Notes under the pieces: model-generated
Database searches by the model: none
What the model was told of the DNA's origin: nothing
What the model saw: the letters and a program-made list of their open reading frames with translations, nothing else
Shown: in pieces, positions 42,948-53,122 of the stretch
How positions within the stretch are numbered: position 1 is the first letter of the stretch
Layout: each line of letters begins with the position of its first letter
Program-made: the position numbers and the translations under genes
Assembly (NCBI GenBank): GCA_039980135.1
Contig: JBDXCV010000014.1
Coordinates: 1,013 to 65,012 of the forward strand
From: Alphaproteobacteria bacterium
GTDB taxonomy: Bacteria; Pseudomonadota; Alphaproteobacteria; UBA6615
Reading direction: 5' to 3'
DNA length: 64,000 bases

Positions 42948-44882
42948 CTAGTGCAGCACGGTGCGGTGATACCGCGACCGGCGAATTCTTCGAACAATCG
43001 CCAGCAAAATCGCCAACACGGCAATCACCAGCGGAGCCGCCCATATATTGAACACCCGTACCCGCCGCTCCAGCGATTCGACGTCTTCACGCAAGGATCG
43101 CTGCACGTTGCGCAGCTCCTGGCGGGAATCAAGCATTTCCAGACGGAAATTATCGATCTCCGACTGTTGCTGCGAGGTGAGTATGGCGCCCGTCGTCTGT
43201 TCCTCGCGTTGCAGACGTTCAATTGTCTCACCCATCTCCGCGATCCGCGCGAGCAATTCCTGCTCCTTGTTGCGGAACTTGTTGTCCGCCTCGCTGCGCA
43301 TCTCTTCGATCACCTCGAACGGCCGAATAGAGAAGCCACGCCCGCGCAGCCCGACCAGCCCCTGACTACCGCGCAGATTATCGATCGCGTTGATGAAGAA
43401 ATCCGCGTTGTTGGCGGTCGGGATTGCAACCTGCTCTCCCGCCACATCCTGGACCTGCGCCCAGTTCTGGTTCGCGAGCATGTCCACATCACCGACAAGG
43501 ATGATGTTGGCGTCAGTGTCCGCTTCGCTCTTGTGCGCCGCGCGCAAGGCCTCTGCCGCGGCATCATCCTCCAGCGCCTCAAGAACATTCTCGGGCGGAC
43601 CATCCGGGTATGCGGATTTGACCTTGCCGATAACCCGGGCGGCGAGATTGTAGACGGTATCCTGCGGCTCGAAGCGATCGAGCAGCGCGATCGGATTGGG
43701 CTGTTGCGATACTTCAAACGCGCTCATCAAATCGGATGTGGGGGTTGTGTAGATCAGCGGCTCCAGCCTGGTCTCCGCCCCCTCAGCCGACATGAACGCG
43801 CCTGCGGTGCTTACGACGATGCGCTGCAACTGCGCCGACACCGCGTCGGTTTTCGAGAAACGGTCCCCCTGAAGGGTCAGCCAGGCCACATAGTCGACGG
43901 CAACCTGTTGTCCCGTTTCGGGATTTGGGAAACCCACGCGAACGGCATCGTCGAGATTGGCAACGAATTCGCCTCGCGCGACGGTCACCCCCCACGCATT
44001 GAGCAGCGGCTCGATTGCCGCCTGCCCCACACCCGGCGGCGGAAGCTGGCCCGCCGTCGGCCCCAGCATCGCCATGGTTTCCGCGAAGGGGTCGGCAAAC
44101 GCCAGCACCTGGCCGCCGTTCACCGTGAACTGATCCATCGCATAGAGCAGTTCGTCCTTGATCGTGTGAGCCCCCGCGATGACCAGGACCTCTGTATCCT
44201 CGGGCAGCGCGGTCGCGTCCTTGTCGAGGAATTTCACGTCGAAGAACTGGCGCAGGCCGTCGAGGATGAGCCATGGCGTGAAGTTATCGAATTGCGTGCC
44301 CTGGAACGGCAAATCCGTCAGCAACGCAACGACCGGCTTCTCGGGTTCGGCCAAATTGGAGATGAGCCGGGTCAGGTCATATTCGAGGAACGGGCTGCGC
44401 TCCGGCGCCAGATAGCCGATGGCGTCCTGATCATCGGTCGAATTTGCGCCGGACACGCCGAAATAGGCGCGCGCGCCAGACTGATCGAACGGCAATCCCT
44501 GGAGACCATCACTGACCGCGAGATCCTCCTCCGTCGAGAAGGGCTGCGGGTCGAACTCCTCAATGCGGATCATGCCGTTCGACAACCGCTCATATTCGTC
44601 GAGCAGTTCGCGAACCCGGTCCGCATGGCGCGCAATGTTCGGGCCGATCTCGTCGAACCGCTGGGAGTAATAGAACCGAAGGTCAATCGGCTCCTCCAGC
44701 GTCGAGAGGACATCCCGTGTGCCGCTGGACAGCGTGAACAGGCGATCCTCGGTCAGGTCCAGGCGTGTGCTCGTCAGCACCGTGTTCGACAGGGCGTTGA
44801 GGGTGAGAAAAAAGACGATGGCGAGGCCGATCGTGGCCCAGGCCAGGACCTGTCGGTCTGCGTTGCGAATGCGATCCCACAT
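42948..44882 (-). CDS. GldG-like auxiliary component of an ABC-2 transport system (ABC_transp_aux)
   Basis: 644 aa from the ATG at 44882, which is 4 nt after the permease stop. It has an N-terminal TM helix, a large periplasmic domain, a C-terminal coiled-coil and a final TM helix (IWAAPLVIAVLAILLAIV). Confidence 0.75.
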   Translation of the reverse strand: MWDRIRNADRQVLAWATIGLAIVFFLTLNALSNTVLTSTRLDLTEDRLFTLSSGTRDVLSTLEEPIDLRFYYSQRFDEIGPNIARHADRVRELLDEYERLSNGMIRIEEFDPQPFSTEEDLAVSDGLQGLPFDQSGARAYFGVSGANSTDDQDAIGYLAPERSPFLEYDLTRLISNLAEPEKPVVALLTDLPFQGTQFDNFTPWLILDGLRQFFDVKFLDKDATALPEDTEVLVIAGAHTIKDELLYAMDQFTVNGGQVLAFADPFAETMAMLGPTAGQLPPPGVGQAAIEPLLNAWGVTVARGEFVANLDDAVRVGFPNPETGQQVAVDYVAWLTLQGDRFSKTDAVSAQLQRIVVSTAGAFMSAEGAETRLEPLIYTTPTSDLMSAFEVSQQPNPIALLDRFEPQDTVYNLAARVIGKVKSAYPDGPPENVLEALEDDAAAEALRAAHKSEADTDANIILVGDVDMLANQNWAQVQDVAGEQVAIPTANNADFFINAIDNLRGSQGLVGLRGRGFSIRPFEVIEEMRSEADNKFRNKEQELLARIAEMGETIERLQREEQTTGAILTSQQQSEIDNFRLEMLDSRQELRNVQRSLREDVESLERRVRVFNIWAAPLVIAVLAILLAIVRRIRRSRYHRTVLH

Positions 44883-44886
44883 CAGA

Positions 44887-45621
44887 TCAAACTCCCTTCT
44901 TGGCTTCGACAATCGCGGTGTTAACAAACAGGGCAATGCCGATAACGGAGAAGAAAAAGACCAGATCGCGAATATCGATGACGCCCTGGGAGACTTCATT
45001 GAAGTTGGTCAGAAAGCTGAGTTCCGAAACCGATTCAACGAATGTCTGTGGCGTCCAGGCCCGGAAGAAAGACTGAATAATCTCGACCCCGCTCATCATG
45101 AAGACGAAGCAGAGGGCGGATGCGAGAACAAATGCGATCACCTGGTTCTTGGTCAGCGCGGAAACACATGCGCTCAGGGCAAGGAACCCGCCGGCCATCA
45201 ACCAACTCCCGATATAGGCCGCCAGAATGACGCCGTTGTCGGGCTGGCCGAGCATGTTGACCGTGATCCACATCGGAAAGGTCAGCGCCAACGCGATCCC
45301 GGCGAAAACCCAGGCCGCGAGGAACTTGCCAATCACGATCTGACCCGTGGTGACCGGTAGCGTCAGCAAAAACTCGATGGTGCCGGATTTCCGTTCCTCG
45401 GCCCACAGCCGCATGCCGACCGCCGGAATCAGAAAGAGGTATAGATACGGATGGTAGATGAAAAAGACCTGCAGGTCCGCCTGCCCGCGTTCCAGCCACT
45501 GACCGAAGAAAAATGTAAGGCCACCGGCAAGCGCCAGGAAAATCACGATGAACACATAGGCCAGCGGCGATGTGAAATAGGCCGATAATTCACGCCGCGC
45601 GACAATCCAGACATTAAGCAT
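44887..45621 (-). CDS. ABC-2 type permease (GldF-like)
   Basis: 244 aa, 6 TM. The N-terminus MLNVWIVARRELSAYFTSPLAYVFIVIF is typical. The start overlaps the ATPase stop by 8 nt. Confidence 0.8.
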   Translation of the reverse strand: MLNVWIVARRELSAYFTSPLAYVFIVIFLALAGGLTFFFGQWLERGQADLQVFFIYHPYLYLFLIPAVGMRLWAEERKSGTIEFLLTLPVTTGQIVIGKFLAAWVFAGIALALTFPMWITVNMLGQPDNGVILAAYIGSWLMAGGFLALSACVSALTKNQVIAFVLASALCFVFMMSGVEIIQSFFRAWTPQTFVESVSELSFLTNFNEVSQGVIDIRDLVFFFSVIGIALFVNTAIVEAKKGV

Positions 45622-46606
45622 GGGACGCCTCCGGTTTCGCACCGGGATCCTGCTGCAGGCCCTCAACGGCAAAGGTCAGATCGCGGAACACATCCTCGAG
45701 ACGCCCGCGTTCGACATAGATTTCATCCACTTGAATACCCTTTTCATCGATCGCTGTATGGACGGCGCCGAGAATCTCTGAGCTGTCCGTCGAGAGCGCC
45801 AGCAATTCGACCATCGACGCCGTCTCGACCGTCGTGCGCACTTCATGAACACCGCCCAGAGCGTTGAGCATCTGGATGCAAGCCTCGGCCTGTGCGACCG
45901 GGAGCCGTATGCCGACAGCGTTGTGCAGCCGCGAGCGCGATTGCAGCGAGAGCGGATCGGCGTCGGCAACCATCTTGCCCTTGGCAATCACGATGGCGCG
46001 CGAACAAACCGCCTCCACCTCTTCGAGGATATGGGTCGAAATGATCACGGCCTTCTTGCCCGACATCTCCTTGAGAAGCTCGCGCACCTCATGCTTCTGG
46101 TTCGGATCGAGCCCGTCTGTCGGCTCGTCGAGAATCAGCAAATCAGGTTCGTGCACGATCGCCTGCGCCAGGCCGACGCGGCGCTTGTAACCCTTGGAGA
46201 GGGTCTCGATCGGCTGGTAGAGCACGTTGCCGATATGCAGCTTTTCCACCGCATAATCGATGCCGCGTCTGGTGTCTTCCTTTGACAGACGACGCACCTG
46301 GCACACGAAATTCAGCAGTGCGATCGGGGTCATGTCGCCGTACAGCGGCGCGCCTTCGGGCAAGTAGCCGATCCGTCGCTTGATCTCCAGCGGGTGGCGC
46401 GTCACGTCGAGGCCACCGACCTCCACCGCGCCGGACGTCGGCGTCAGGAACCCGGTCACGATCTTCATCGTCGTGGATTTCCCCGAACCGTTGGGGCCGA
46501 TGAATCCGAGTACTTCACCTTGATCGACCGAAAACGAGACGTCGTCGACCGCAGTGATGGGACCGTATTTCTTCGTCAGGCCCCGAATATCGAGCAATGT
46601 CGTCAC
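45614..46606 (-). CDS. ABC transporter ATPase (GldA-like)
   Basis: Walker A GPNGSGKST, signature LSKGYKRRVGLAQAI, Walker B LLILDEPTDGLD. The GTG at 46606 has a GGAGGG 10 nt upstream; the track start at 46921 adds an implausible 105-aa extension. Confidence 0.85.
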   Translation of the reverse strand: MTTLLDIRGLTKKYGPITAVDDVSFSVDQGEVLGFIGPNGSGKSTTMKIVTGFLTPTSGAVEVGGLDVTRHPLEIKRRIGYLPEGAPLYGDMTPIALLNFVCQVRRLSKEDTRRGIDYAVEKLHIGNVLYQPIETLSKGYKRRVGLAQAIVHEPDLLILDEPTDGLDPNQKHEVRELLKEMSGKKAVIISTHILEEVEAVCSRAIVIAKGKMVADADPLSLQSRSRLHNAVGIRLPVAQAEACIQMLNALGGVHEVRTTVETASMVELLALSTDSSEILGAVHTAIDEKGIQVDEIYVERGRLEDVFRDLTFAVEGLQQDPGAKPEASHA

Positions 46607-46941
46607 GTCGTTTCTACCCTCCACAACAGACAACCGAATGGCTGCCTTCAGATATCCGGAACGATATGTTGTCGACGAGGTTGATTTGGCCCGAGGGCCG
46701 ATGGACTCGCCGTTGTCGTTCCATGTCCGGCATTCTTGTTGTTTGCAGGAAAGTTCCAGGTTCCCTGCGTGCCGATTGCCGATCGATTTAGGCAATTGGC
46801 CCGAACGTTTCAAGCCGGAAACCAACTGTCGCTTCAAAACAGGATCAACCGATAGGCATACGCTTCTTGTAAACGGGGCGGACCATACGCGAATTCCGCA
46901 TAAAATACCGCCGACAAACACATGATCTTGAACGTTTTGTT

Positions 46942-47676
46942 TTAAGGATAAGGACAGGCTTCGCCGGTGACCTGAATGAAGGCTTGGGGGCCGGCAACCA
47001 GGCTGAATCGATACTCCGTGTCACCCACTGCGACAGCATGATGGAGCGGCAGCAATCCTGCCGCCTGAAATGTCTCCCCGCCCAGATGGCCGAAGATGGC
47101 TGTGACCGGCTTGCCCGGGTCAAACCAGCCGACCGGCTGTCCCGCCGCGTTGCGGGCCGCCTCACCATTGGCCGAAATGGTGATCGCGCCATTGGCGAAA
47201 GACACGGAACCGTTCGCACCGCTCTGGATTTCGTTGTTCACGATGAATCGCTTGGTACTGCCCAACGGCTCACATTCGACATCATCGCGCGTCAGACCCA
47301 CAACCGCTGTCAGCCGTTCGGTACTGATTCCCTCGGCGATGCGCTCGCGCGCGGCGGCAAGGATCTCCGCCTCCTGCGCGTTGGGAACATCCGCCTCATA
47401 GCGCTGCCGCCATTCATCAACACGGTCGCGTTCCGAATGGAGCGCCGCTGTGAGCCCCGCAATCTCCGAACGCAGTGTGGCGCTTTCCGTGGTGACGTCG
47501 GAAAGCCGCCCTTCCAGCACCCGAACTTCCTGATTGGCAACTTCGGTTCCGATATTCTTCGCCCACAGACCGACGCCCAGCCCGACGGCCAGCACCAGCC
47601 CCCAACGAAAGACAAAGCCGAAAACCTGGCGCCGCCGGCGAAGGCGGTTCCGGTTATCTGAAAGACCAAGTGACAT
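46942..47676 (-). CDS. Hypothetical membrane-anchored coiled-coil protein (244 aa)
   Basis: Arg-rich N-terminus, one TM helix (WGLVLAVGLGVGLWA), a heptad-like region (LEGRLSDVTTESATLRSEIAGLTAALHSERDRVDEWRQRYE) and a C-terminal globular part. No family recognised. It starts 17 nt after the TauE stop. Confidence 0.6.
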   Translation of the reverse strand: MSLGLSDNRNRLRRRRQVFGFVFRWGLVLAVGLGVGLWAKNIGTEVANQEVRVLEGRLSDVTTESATLRSEIAGLTAALHSERDRVDEWRQRYEADVPNAQEAEILAAARERIAEGISTERLTAVVGLTRDDVECEPLGSTKRFIVNNEIQSGANGSVSFANGAITISANGEAARNAAGQPVGWFDPGKPVTAIFGHLGGETFQAAGLLPLHHAVAVGDTEYRFSLVAGPQAFIQVTGEACPYP

Positions 47677-47693
47677 TGCGACAATTCTACCTG

Positions 47694-48617
47694 CTAAGCA
47701 CCGAACACACCGAGTGTTCGCAGCGCGATGAAGCCCATGGCCAGCCCGATGATCGCGAACAGGATCGCGATGGTTTTCTCCATCGTCCGCTGGGCAATCT
47801 TGCCCTGCAGACGCGGACCGATCTGGCCGCCGATAATAACGCCCGGGATGGTGTAGGCGACGAGGTTCCAGGGGACGACGTTTGCGCCGCCCGCTGCAAC
47901 CAATGCCGCAACCTGGGTAAATGACGCAGCTGCGATGACAACAATGACCGTAAACACAGACGTCGCCGCGGCGACCGGCACGGGTACATGATTGCGTTTC
48001 ACCAGCTGCGGCATGATGACCTCGCCAATCCCGACCCCAAGCAGACCGGTCAAGAACGCGCCGACACCCGTGGTCGCGGCGCCATCGACACCCTGTTTCG
48101 GTTTCTTGAAATTATAGACCTGGCCATCCGCCGCGGTGACGCTGACAGGCTCGCGCCCCGTGCCCTCGAACTTGTCCTCGCCCTCGGTGACCATTTCCTG
48201 TGGCGGGTGATGGCGGAAGATGATCGGCGCCAGCGCGAGCATCAACAACGCGTAGGCGGCCTTGAGAAGGCCTTCCTGATCCTTCAACGAAGCCAACATC
48301 AGGGCCCCGACGATGGATACCGGCACTGCCACCATGAGAAACGGAAACGCGCTCCGGAAATGGATTAGCTTTTTGCGGTAGTAGCCAACGAACCCCGATG
48401 AGAAGCCGAACACCTCGGTCATCAGGGCGGTACCGATCGCCGCGGCAGTGCCCGCCAGAACATATTCAGCGCCAAGAAGCGGGAAAATGATCAGGAAGAT
48501 CGGTGCGAACAGGGCCGCGCCGCCGATACCGCTGAGCATCGCCGTGGTCGCGACCGCCATCGATATCGGAAACATGAACCAGTATCGGGTCCAGTCGAGG
48601 TCCGCGAGAAATTCCAT
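47694..48617 (-). CDS. TauE/SafE-family (DUF81) anion exporter
   Basis: 307 aa from the ATG at 48617; polytopic, with MLSGIGGAALFAPIFLIIFPLLG and a repeated second half. The track start at 48755 adds a non-hydrophobic extension. Confidence 0.8.
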   Translation of the reverse strand: MEFLADLDWTRYWFMFPISMAVATTAMLSGIGGAALFAPIFLIIFPLLGAEYVLAGTAAAIGTALMTEVFGFSSGFVGYYRKKLIHFRSAFPFLMVAVPVSIVGALMLASLKDQEGLLKAAYALLMLALAPIIFRHHPPQEMVTEGEDKFEGTGREPVSVTAADGQVYNFKKPKQGVDGAATTGVGAFLTGLLGVGIGEVIMPQLVKRNHVPVPVAAATSVFTVIVVIAAASFTQVAALVAAGGANVVPWNLVAYTIPGVIIGGQIGPRLQGKIAQRTMEKTIAILFAIIGLAMGFIALRTLGVFGA

Positions 48618-48837
48618 CAGGTCATCCCTTGTTGGGAAATACTTGTGAGCACCCGCAATTCGGGCGGCGCAAGCTAGCGTGCCAGCTTGCAGAAATCCAC
48701 GCGCAATTCGGTGATCATGAACCCCGAAATTCAATCGAGGTGCTTGACTAGACACACTGAATCGAAACCAATCTGTATAGATTTACCGCGCCGCTGAAAA
48801 AGCTACAGCGACACCGGATGGGACGGAGGGGGAACTC

Positions 48838-49746
48838 ATGGCAATCAAGTTTGACGGCCGGGTGGCCGTGGTCACTGGAGCCGGAAACGGGCTCGGGAAG
48901 AGCTACGCTCTGGCGCTCGCGGCGCGCGGTGCCCGAGTCGTGGTCAACGACATCGGCGGTGCCATCGACGGCAGCGGCCTATCCGGCACGCCTGCGGACA
49001 CGGTGGTAGAGGAAATTCGCGCTGCCGGCGGCGAGGCCGTGGCAAACTACAACAGTGTCGCAGACCCTGAATCCGCAGCCAATATTGTGCAGACGGCAAT
49101 CGACGCGTTCGGTCAGGTTGATATCGTCATCAACAACGCCGGGATCGTCCGCGACAAGACATTCCATAAAATGAGTATCGAGGATTACGAGTTCGTCGTG
49201 CGGGTGCATTACCTGGGCTCGGTTTACGTGACCCACGCCGCCTACCCCTATATGCGCGAGGCGAATTACGGTCGCATCCTCATGGTCTCCTCGAATTCCG
49301 GAATCTACGGTAATTTTGGACAGACCAACTATTCGGCCGCCAAGTTGGCCGTCGTCGGCTTCATGAACACGCTGAAACTCGAGGGCGCGCGAAGCAATAT
49401 CGTGATCAATGCCCTGGCCCCACTGGCCGCGACCCGGATCGCCGAGCCATCCGGCATCTTCAACACCTATGACCCGGAACTGGTCACGACCGACGCCGTT
49501 GCGGCGATGGTCACCTACCTGGTCAGCGAGGACTGCATCGATTCCGGGAACATCGTCGCGGCGACGGCGGGCTACTATTCCCGCATCCAGATCGTCGAGA
49601 GCGAGGGCGTGCGGGTCGATCCGCGCACCGAAATGACGCCGGACAAAATCGCCGAGTTATGGCCGCAGATTCATGAGATGCGCAATCCGCACCCCTATGA
49701 AGACGCGCTGTCAAACCTGACGGCGGTCATGGCCAAAGAGGACTAG
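48838..49746 (+). CDS. SDR-family oxidoreductase (MFE-2 / 3-hydroxyacyl-CoA dehydrogenase-like)
   Basis: The motifs are TGAGNGLGKS, NNAG and YSAAK; 302 aa. GGAGGGGG lies upstream of the ATG. Confidence 0.88.
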   Translation: MAIKFDGRVAVVTGAGNGLGKSYALALAARGARVVVNDIGGAIDGSGLSGTPADTVVEEIRAAGGEAVANYNSVADPESAANIVQTAIDAFGQVDIVINNAGIVRDKTFHKMSIEDYEFVVRVHYLGSVYVTHAAYPYMREANYGRILMVSSNSGIYGNFGQTNYSAAKLAVVGFMNTLKLEGARSNIVINALAPLAATRIAEPSGIFNTYDPELVTTDAVAAMVTYLVSEDCIDSGNIVAATAGYYSRIQIVESEGVRVDPRTEMTPDKIAELWPQIHEMRNPHPYEDALSNLTAVMAKED

Positions 49747-50696
49747 TCCCGGCGCAATTCGCGTTTGAGGATCGCACCGGCTTCGGCAATCGAGGCGCGG
49801 GAGCGCTGATAGAGGCGCTGCCACATCCAGATGAAATGGGTCATGCCCTTTTCCACCTTCAGCTGGTAGGGCACGCCGGCCGCAGCCAGATTGGCGGCCA
49901 GTGCCCGGCTGTCATCGATCAGCGGATCGAGATCACCGACCATTACCCAGGTATAGGGAAGCCCGGCGAGATCGGCATGCGCCGGCGCGATGCGCGGGTC
50001 TGTCGGGTCGGCGTCATGTCCTTCGAGATAACCGTCCCATATCCACTGCATCTGGGCGACGGTCAGACCATAGGTCCCGTCGCCGATTTCGCGCCAGGAC
50101 GGCGTGTCCACATCCAGCAGATAGACCCCGTAGACCAGCGCCAGCGCACGTACCGCGCCGGTGTGCTTGAGTTGCACCCCGGCATGGAGCGCCAGGGTGG
50201 CACCCGCTGAATCCCCGCAAAACCCGATCCGCGACGGGTCGAGTCCGTGCGCCGCGCCGTGCTCCATAACCCACTCGGCGACGGCCATAGTCTCGTCGAC
50301 CGGAACCGGGAAACGATGTTCAGGCCACAATCGGTAATCGACGCTGGCCACCGCGCACCCGCTCTCCATGGCCAGGCGGCGGCATATCTGATCATAGGCG
50401 GTGACATCGCCTGTCCACCAGCCGCCACCGTGAATGAAGACTGTCACCGGTACGGGGCGTTCGCCGGTCGGGAAATAGAGCCGCAGCAGAAACGGACCAT
50501 GGGGGCCTTCGATCGCGACATCGCGGAGCTCATCAACGGCCACTTCGCCATCGGGTTGATTGAGATAGGCGTAATAGCGGGCGCGCGCAGCGCGGCCCTC
50601 TTCGACACCCACGACCGCCGGATCGGGCAGGTTCGCGCCGGCCTCTTTCAATTCATCGAAAACGGCCTGCAGGCCCGGATCGACCGGTGACGGCAT
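49743..50696 (-). CDS. Alpha/beta hydrolase, HSL-type esterase/lipase
   Basis: Oxyanion motif HGGGWW and nucleophile elbow GDSAGA. I chose the ATG at 50696; the track start at 50735 overlaps the upstream gene. Confidence 0.85.
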   Translation of the reverse strand: MPSPVDPGLQAVFDELKEAGANLPDPAVVGVEEGRAARARYYAYLNQPDGEVAVDELRDVAIEGPHGPFLLRLYFPTGERPVPVTVFIHGGGWWTGDVTAYDQICRRLAMESGCAVASVDYRLWPEHRFPVPVDETMAVAEWVMEHGAAHGLDPSRIGFCGDSAGATLALHAGVQLKHTGAVRALALVYGVYLLDVDTPSWREIGDGTYGLTVAQMQWIWDGYLEGHDADPTDPRIAPAHADLAGLPYTWVMVGDLDPLIDDSRALAANLAAAGVPYQLKVEKGMTHFIWMWQRLYQRSRASIAEAGAILKRELRRD

Positions 50697-50706
50697 ACGA
50701 CCTCTC

Positions 50707-51507
50707 CTATCCAATCCCCAGCGTGATCCCGCCATCGACCAGGAGGGTCGCGCCGGTCACGTAGCGGGCCTCGTCGGATGCCAGGTACACCGCGGCATAG
50801 GCCACATCCCAGGCGTCGCCGACCCGGTTCAGGGGGACCTGCGCCTCGCGTTTCTCCCAGAGTTCATCCACGTCATCATCGCCATACGCGCCCTGCAGGG
50901 AATGGGACACCATGGGTGTTTGCATCAGGCCGGGCAGGATCGCGTTACAACGGATGTTTTCAGACGCGTATTGCCGGGCGATGACCCGTGTCATATGGGT
51001 CATCGCCGCCTTCGTCGTCGAATAGGAGATATAGGGGACGTTGAGCCAGCGCTCACCGGCGATCGACGACACGTTGACGATGGCACCCTCGCCCCGTTCC
51101 TGCATCTTCGGGATCGCATGCTTGCTGGTCAGGAACGCGCTCTTCAGGTTGACGTCATGCACCCGGTCCCAGCTTTCCTCGCTGGCATCGACGGGGCCGC
51201 CGACTTCCGCGATCCCCACATTGTTGTGCAGGATATCGAGCTGGCTGAATTCATCGCAAGCGGCGGCGACCATGGCCTCGACCTGAGCGCTGTCGGTGAC
51301 ATCGACGGCAAACACGCTGGCGACGCCGCCCTCTGTCGCGATGATGTCTGCGGTATCCTGCGCGGCGTCGGGGTTGATATCGGCACACACTACCTTCGCG
51401 CCCTCACGGGCATAGAGCACCGCCGTGGCCTTGCCATTGCCCCAGCCCGCGCCGATTGATCCCGCACCGGTCACGATCGCAACCTTGTCTTTCAGGCGGT
51501 CAGGCAT
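50707..51507 (-). CDS. SDR-family oxidoreductase
   Basis: The motifs are [15 protein letters not shown] and YSTTKAA; 266 aa. It overlaps the ligase stop by 8 nt. Confidence 0.88.
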   Translation of the reverse strand: MPDRLKDKVAIVTGAGSIGAGWGNGKATAVLYAREGAKVVCADINPDAAQDTADIIATEGGVASVFAVDVTDSAQVEAMVAAACDEFSQLDILHNNVGIAEVGGPVDASEESWDRVHDVNLKSAFLTSKHAIPKMQERGEGAIVNVSSIAGERWLNVPYISYSTTKAAMTHMTRVIARQYASENIRCNAILPGLMQTPMVSHSLQGAYGDDDVDELWEKREAQVPLNRVGDAWDVAYAAVYLASDEARYVTGATLLVDGGITLGIG

Positions 51508-53047
51508 CGTTGTTCTCCCCGCCGTCTTCGGATTCCAGCATGTTGCGCAGCTCCCGCTTGACGATCTTGCCGTAGTTGTTCTTCGGCAGGGCGGCGGCGA
51601 CCCGGTAGCTTTTGGGACGCTTGAAACGCGCGATATTGTCCAGGCACAGCTGATCCAGCGCGGCCGTGTCGACCTCTATACCCGCGTTGGGCGTAATGAA
51701 AGCGATGACTTCCTCACCCCATTCCGCGTGGGGCCGCCCGACCACCGCGCATTCCAGCACGTCCGGGTGGCGCAGCAACACCTCTTCGATCTCCCGGGGA
51801 TAGATGTTGGAACCGCCGGAGATGATCATGTCCTTCGAACGGTCCTTGAGGGTCAGATAGCCGTCGCCATCGAAGGCACCCATGTCGCCGGTATGCAACC
51901 AGCCGCCGCGCAGGGATTCGGCACTCGCGTCAGGCCGGTTCCAGTAGCCGCGCATGACCACCGCACCGCGGACCAGGATTTCGCCCACCTCGCCGACCGG
52001 CAGCGTGTTGTCTTCTCCATCAACGACCTTCACATCAACCACCGACTGGGCGTAGCCCACCGACGCCAGTCGTTCCTCGTGGTGCGGGTGGTCCGTATCA
52101 ACATGGTCTTCGCGCGGCAACACGGTGATGCACATGGGGCTCTCGCCCTGACCATAGATTTGCACGAACTTTGGCCCGAACCGGTCCAGCGCCTGCTTCA
52201 GGTCGGCGACATACATCGGCCCGCCGCCATAGGTAACGGTGCGGAGATTCCCCGCGCCGCCGCCGCCAGGATGCCCCACAAGCCGCTTCACCATGGTTGG
52301 TGCGGCGAACAAGGAAACCTCTTCATGTTGTTGAAATAGCTCAAATATTTCGTCCGGTTCGAAGCCGCCTGATTCGGGCACCACCTGCCGCGCGCCGACC
52401 GCCAGATGGGGAATGCCGTAGAAACCCGAGCCATGGGACATGGGTGCCGGATGGAACGCCGCGCCGTTGACCGGCACCCGGTCCACATCGACAAAATAGG
52501 TCAGCGTCATTTCCCACAGGTTGCGGTGGGTCAGCATCGCGCCCTTGGGGTTGCCCGTTGTGCCGGAGGTGTAGAACAGCCAGGCGAGGTCGTCGTCGCC
52601 GCGGTCCACCATCTCCATGGGATCGGCGTTGAGGTAACCGGCATATTCCTTCTCACCGACCACCACGATCCGGGCCTTGCTGCCCGCGATCTTCAGGCCC
52701 TTCGCGGCCTTTTCGGCCAGATCCGGTGTCACGATCAGTGCACCCGCACCCGCATCGTCAAGGATGTAGGCCAGTTCCTTCTCGTGCAGCTTGTTGTTGA
52801 TCGGCAATGCCGTCAGCCCGGCATGCAGCGCGCCGTGGAACGCCTCGAGATATTCAGGCGTGTTGGTCATGAACAGCCCGACCCTGTCATCGGTCCTGAG
52901 GCCGAGGTCGCCGTGCATGGCACCCGCCAGCCCTGCGGCTCGCCGGGCCAGGGTCCCGTAGTCGCAGTAATCCGCCGCCCCGTGGGAGATCGCCACCCGG
53001 TCGGGAAACGATCGCGCCGCGCGCACCAACAACTGATTGAGATTCAT
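51500..53047 (-). CDS. AMP-dependent acyl-CoA synthetase/ligase
   Basis: The AMP-binding motif [16 protein letters not shown], plus GWLHTGDMG and a C-terminal lid; 515 aa. Confidence 0.9.
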   Translation of the reverse strand: MNLNQLLVRAARSFPDRVAISHGAADYCDYGTLARRAAGLAGAMHGDLGLRTDDRVGLFMTNTPEYLEAFHGALHAGLTALPINNKLHEKELAYILDDAGAGALIVTPDLAEKAAKGLKIAGSKARIVVVGEKEYAGYLNADPMEMVDRGDDDLAWLFYTSGTTGNPKGAMLTHRNLWEMTLTYFVDVDRVPVNGAAFHPAPMSHGSGFYGIPHLAVGARQVVPESGGFEPDEIFELFQQHEEVSLFAAPTMVKRLVGHPGGGGAGNLRTVTYGGGPMYVADLKQALDRFGPKFVQIYGQGESPMCITVLPREDHVDTDHPHHEERLASVGYAQSVVDVKVVDGEDNTLPVGEVGEILVRGAVVMRGYWNRPDASAESLRGGWLHTGDMGAFDGDGYLTLKDRSKDMIISGGSNIYPREIEEVLLRHPDVLECAVVGRPHAEWGEEVIAFITPNAGIEVDTAALDQLCLDNIARFKRPKSYRVAAALPKNNYGKIVKRELRNMLESEDGGENNDA

Positions 53048-53122
53048 GGAAAACAGGCCCTCCCCGCGCCTAGAATGGCGCAGGCGGCATATCCGGACAA
53101 GACATCAGGGAAGAGAGCGAAG

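Noticed and set aside
42705-44924. 739-aa plus-strand ORF (and 41606..43051 +, 481 aa)
   Set aside because: These ORFs are Arg/Gln/His-rich and low-information, and they lie fully antisense to the GldG-like and DUF4340 genes, which have recognisable family features and coupled start/stop spacing. This is a typical high-GC shadow ORF.
52406-53122. First 239 codons of the 474-aa plus ORF 52406..53830
   Set aside because: This part is antisense to the acyl-CoA ligase. The GST homology begins only at MAYELYYWP (ATG at 53123).
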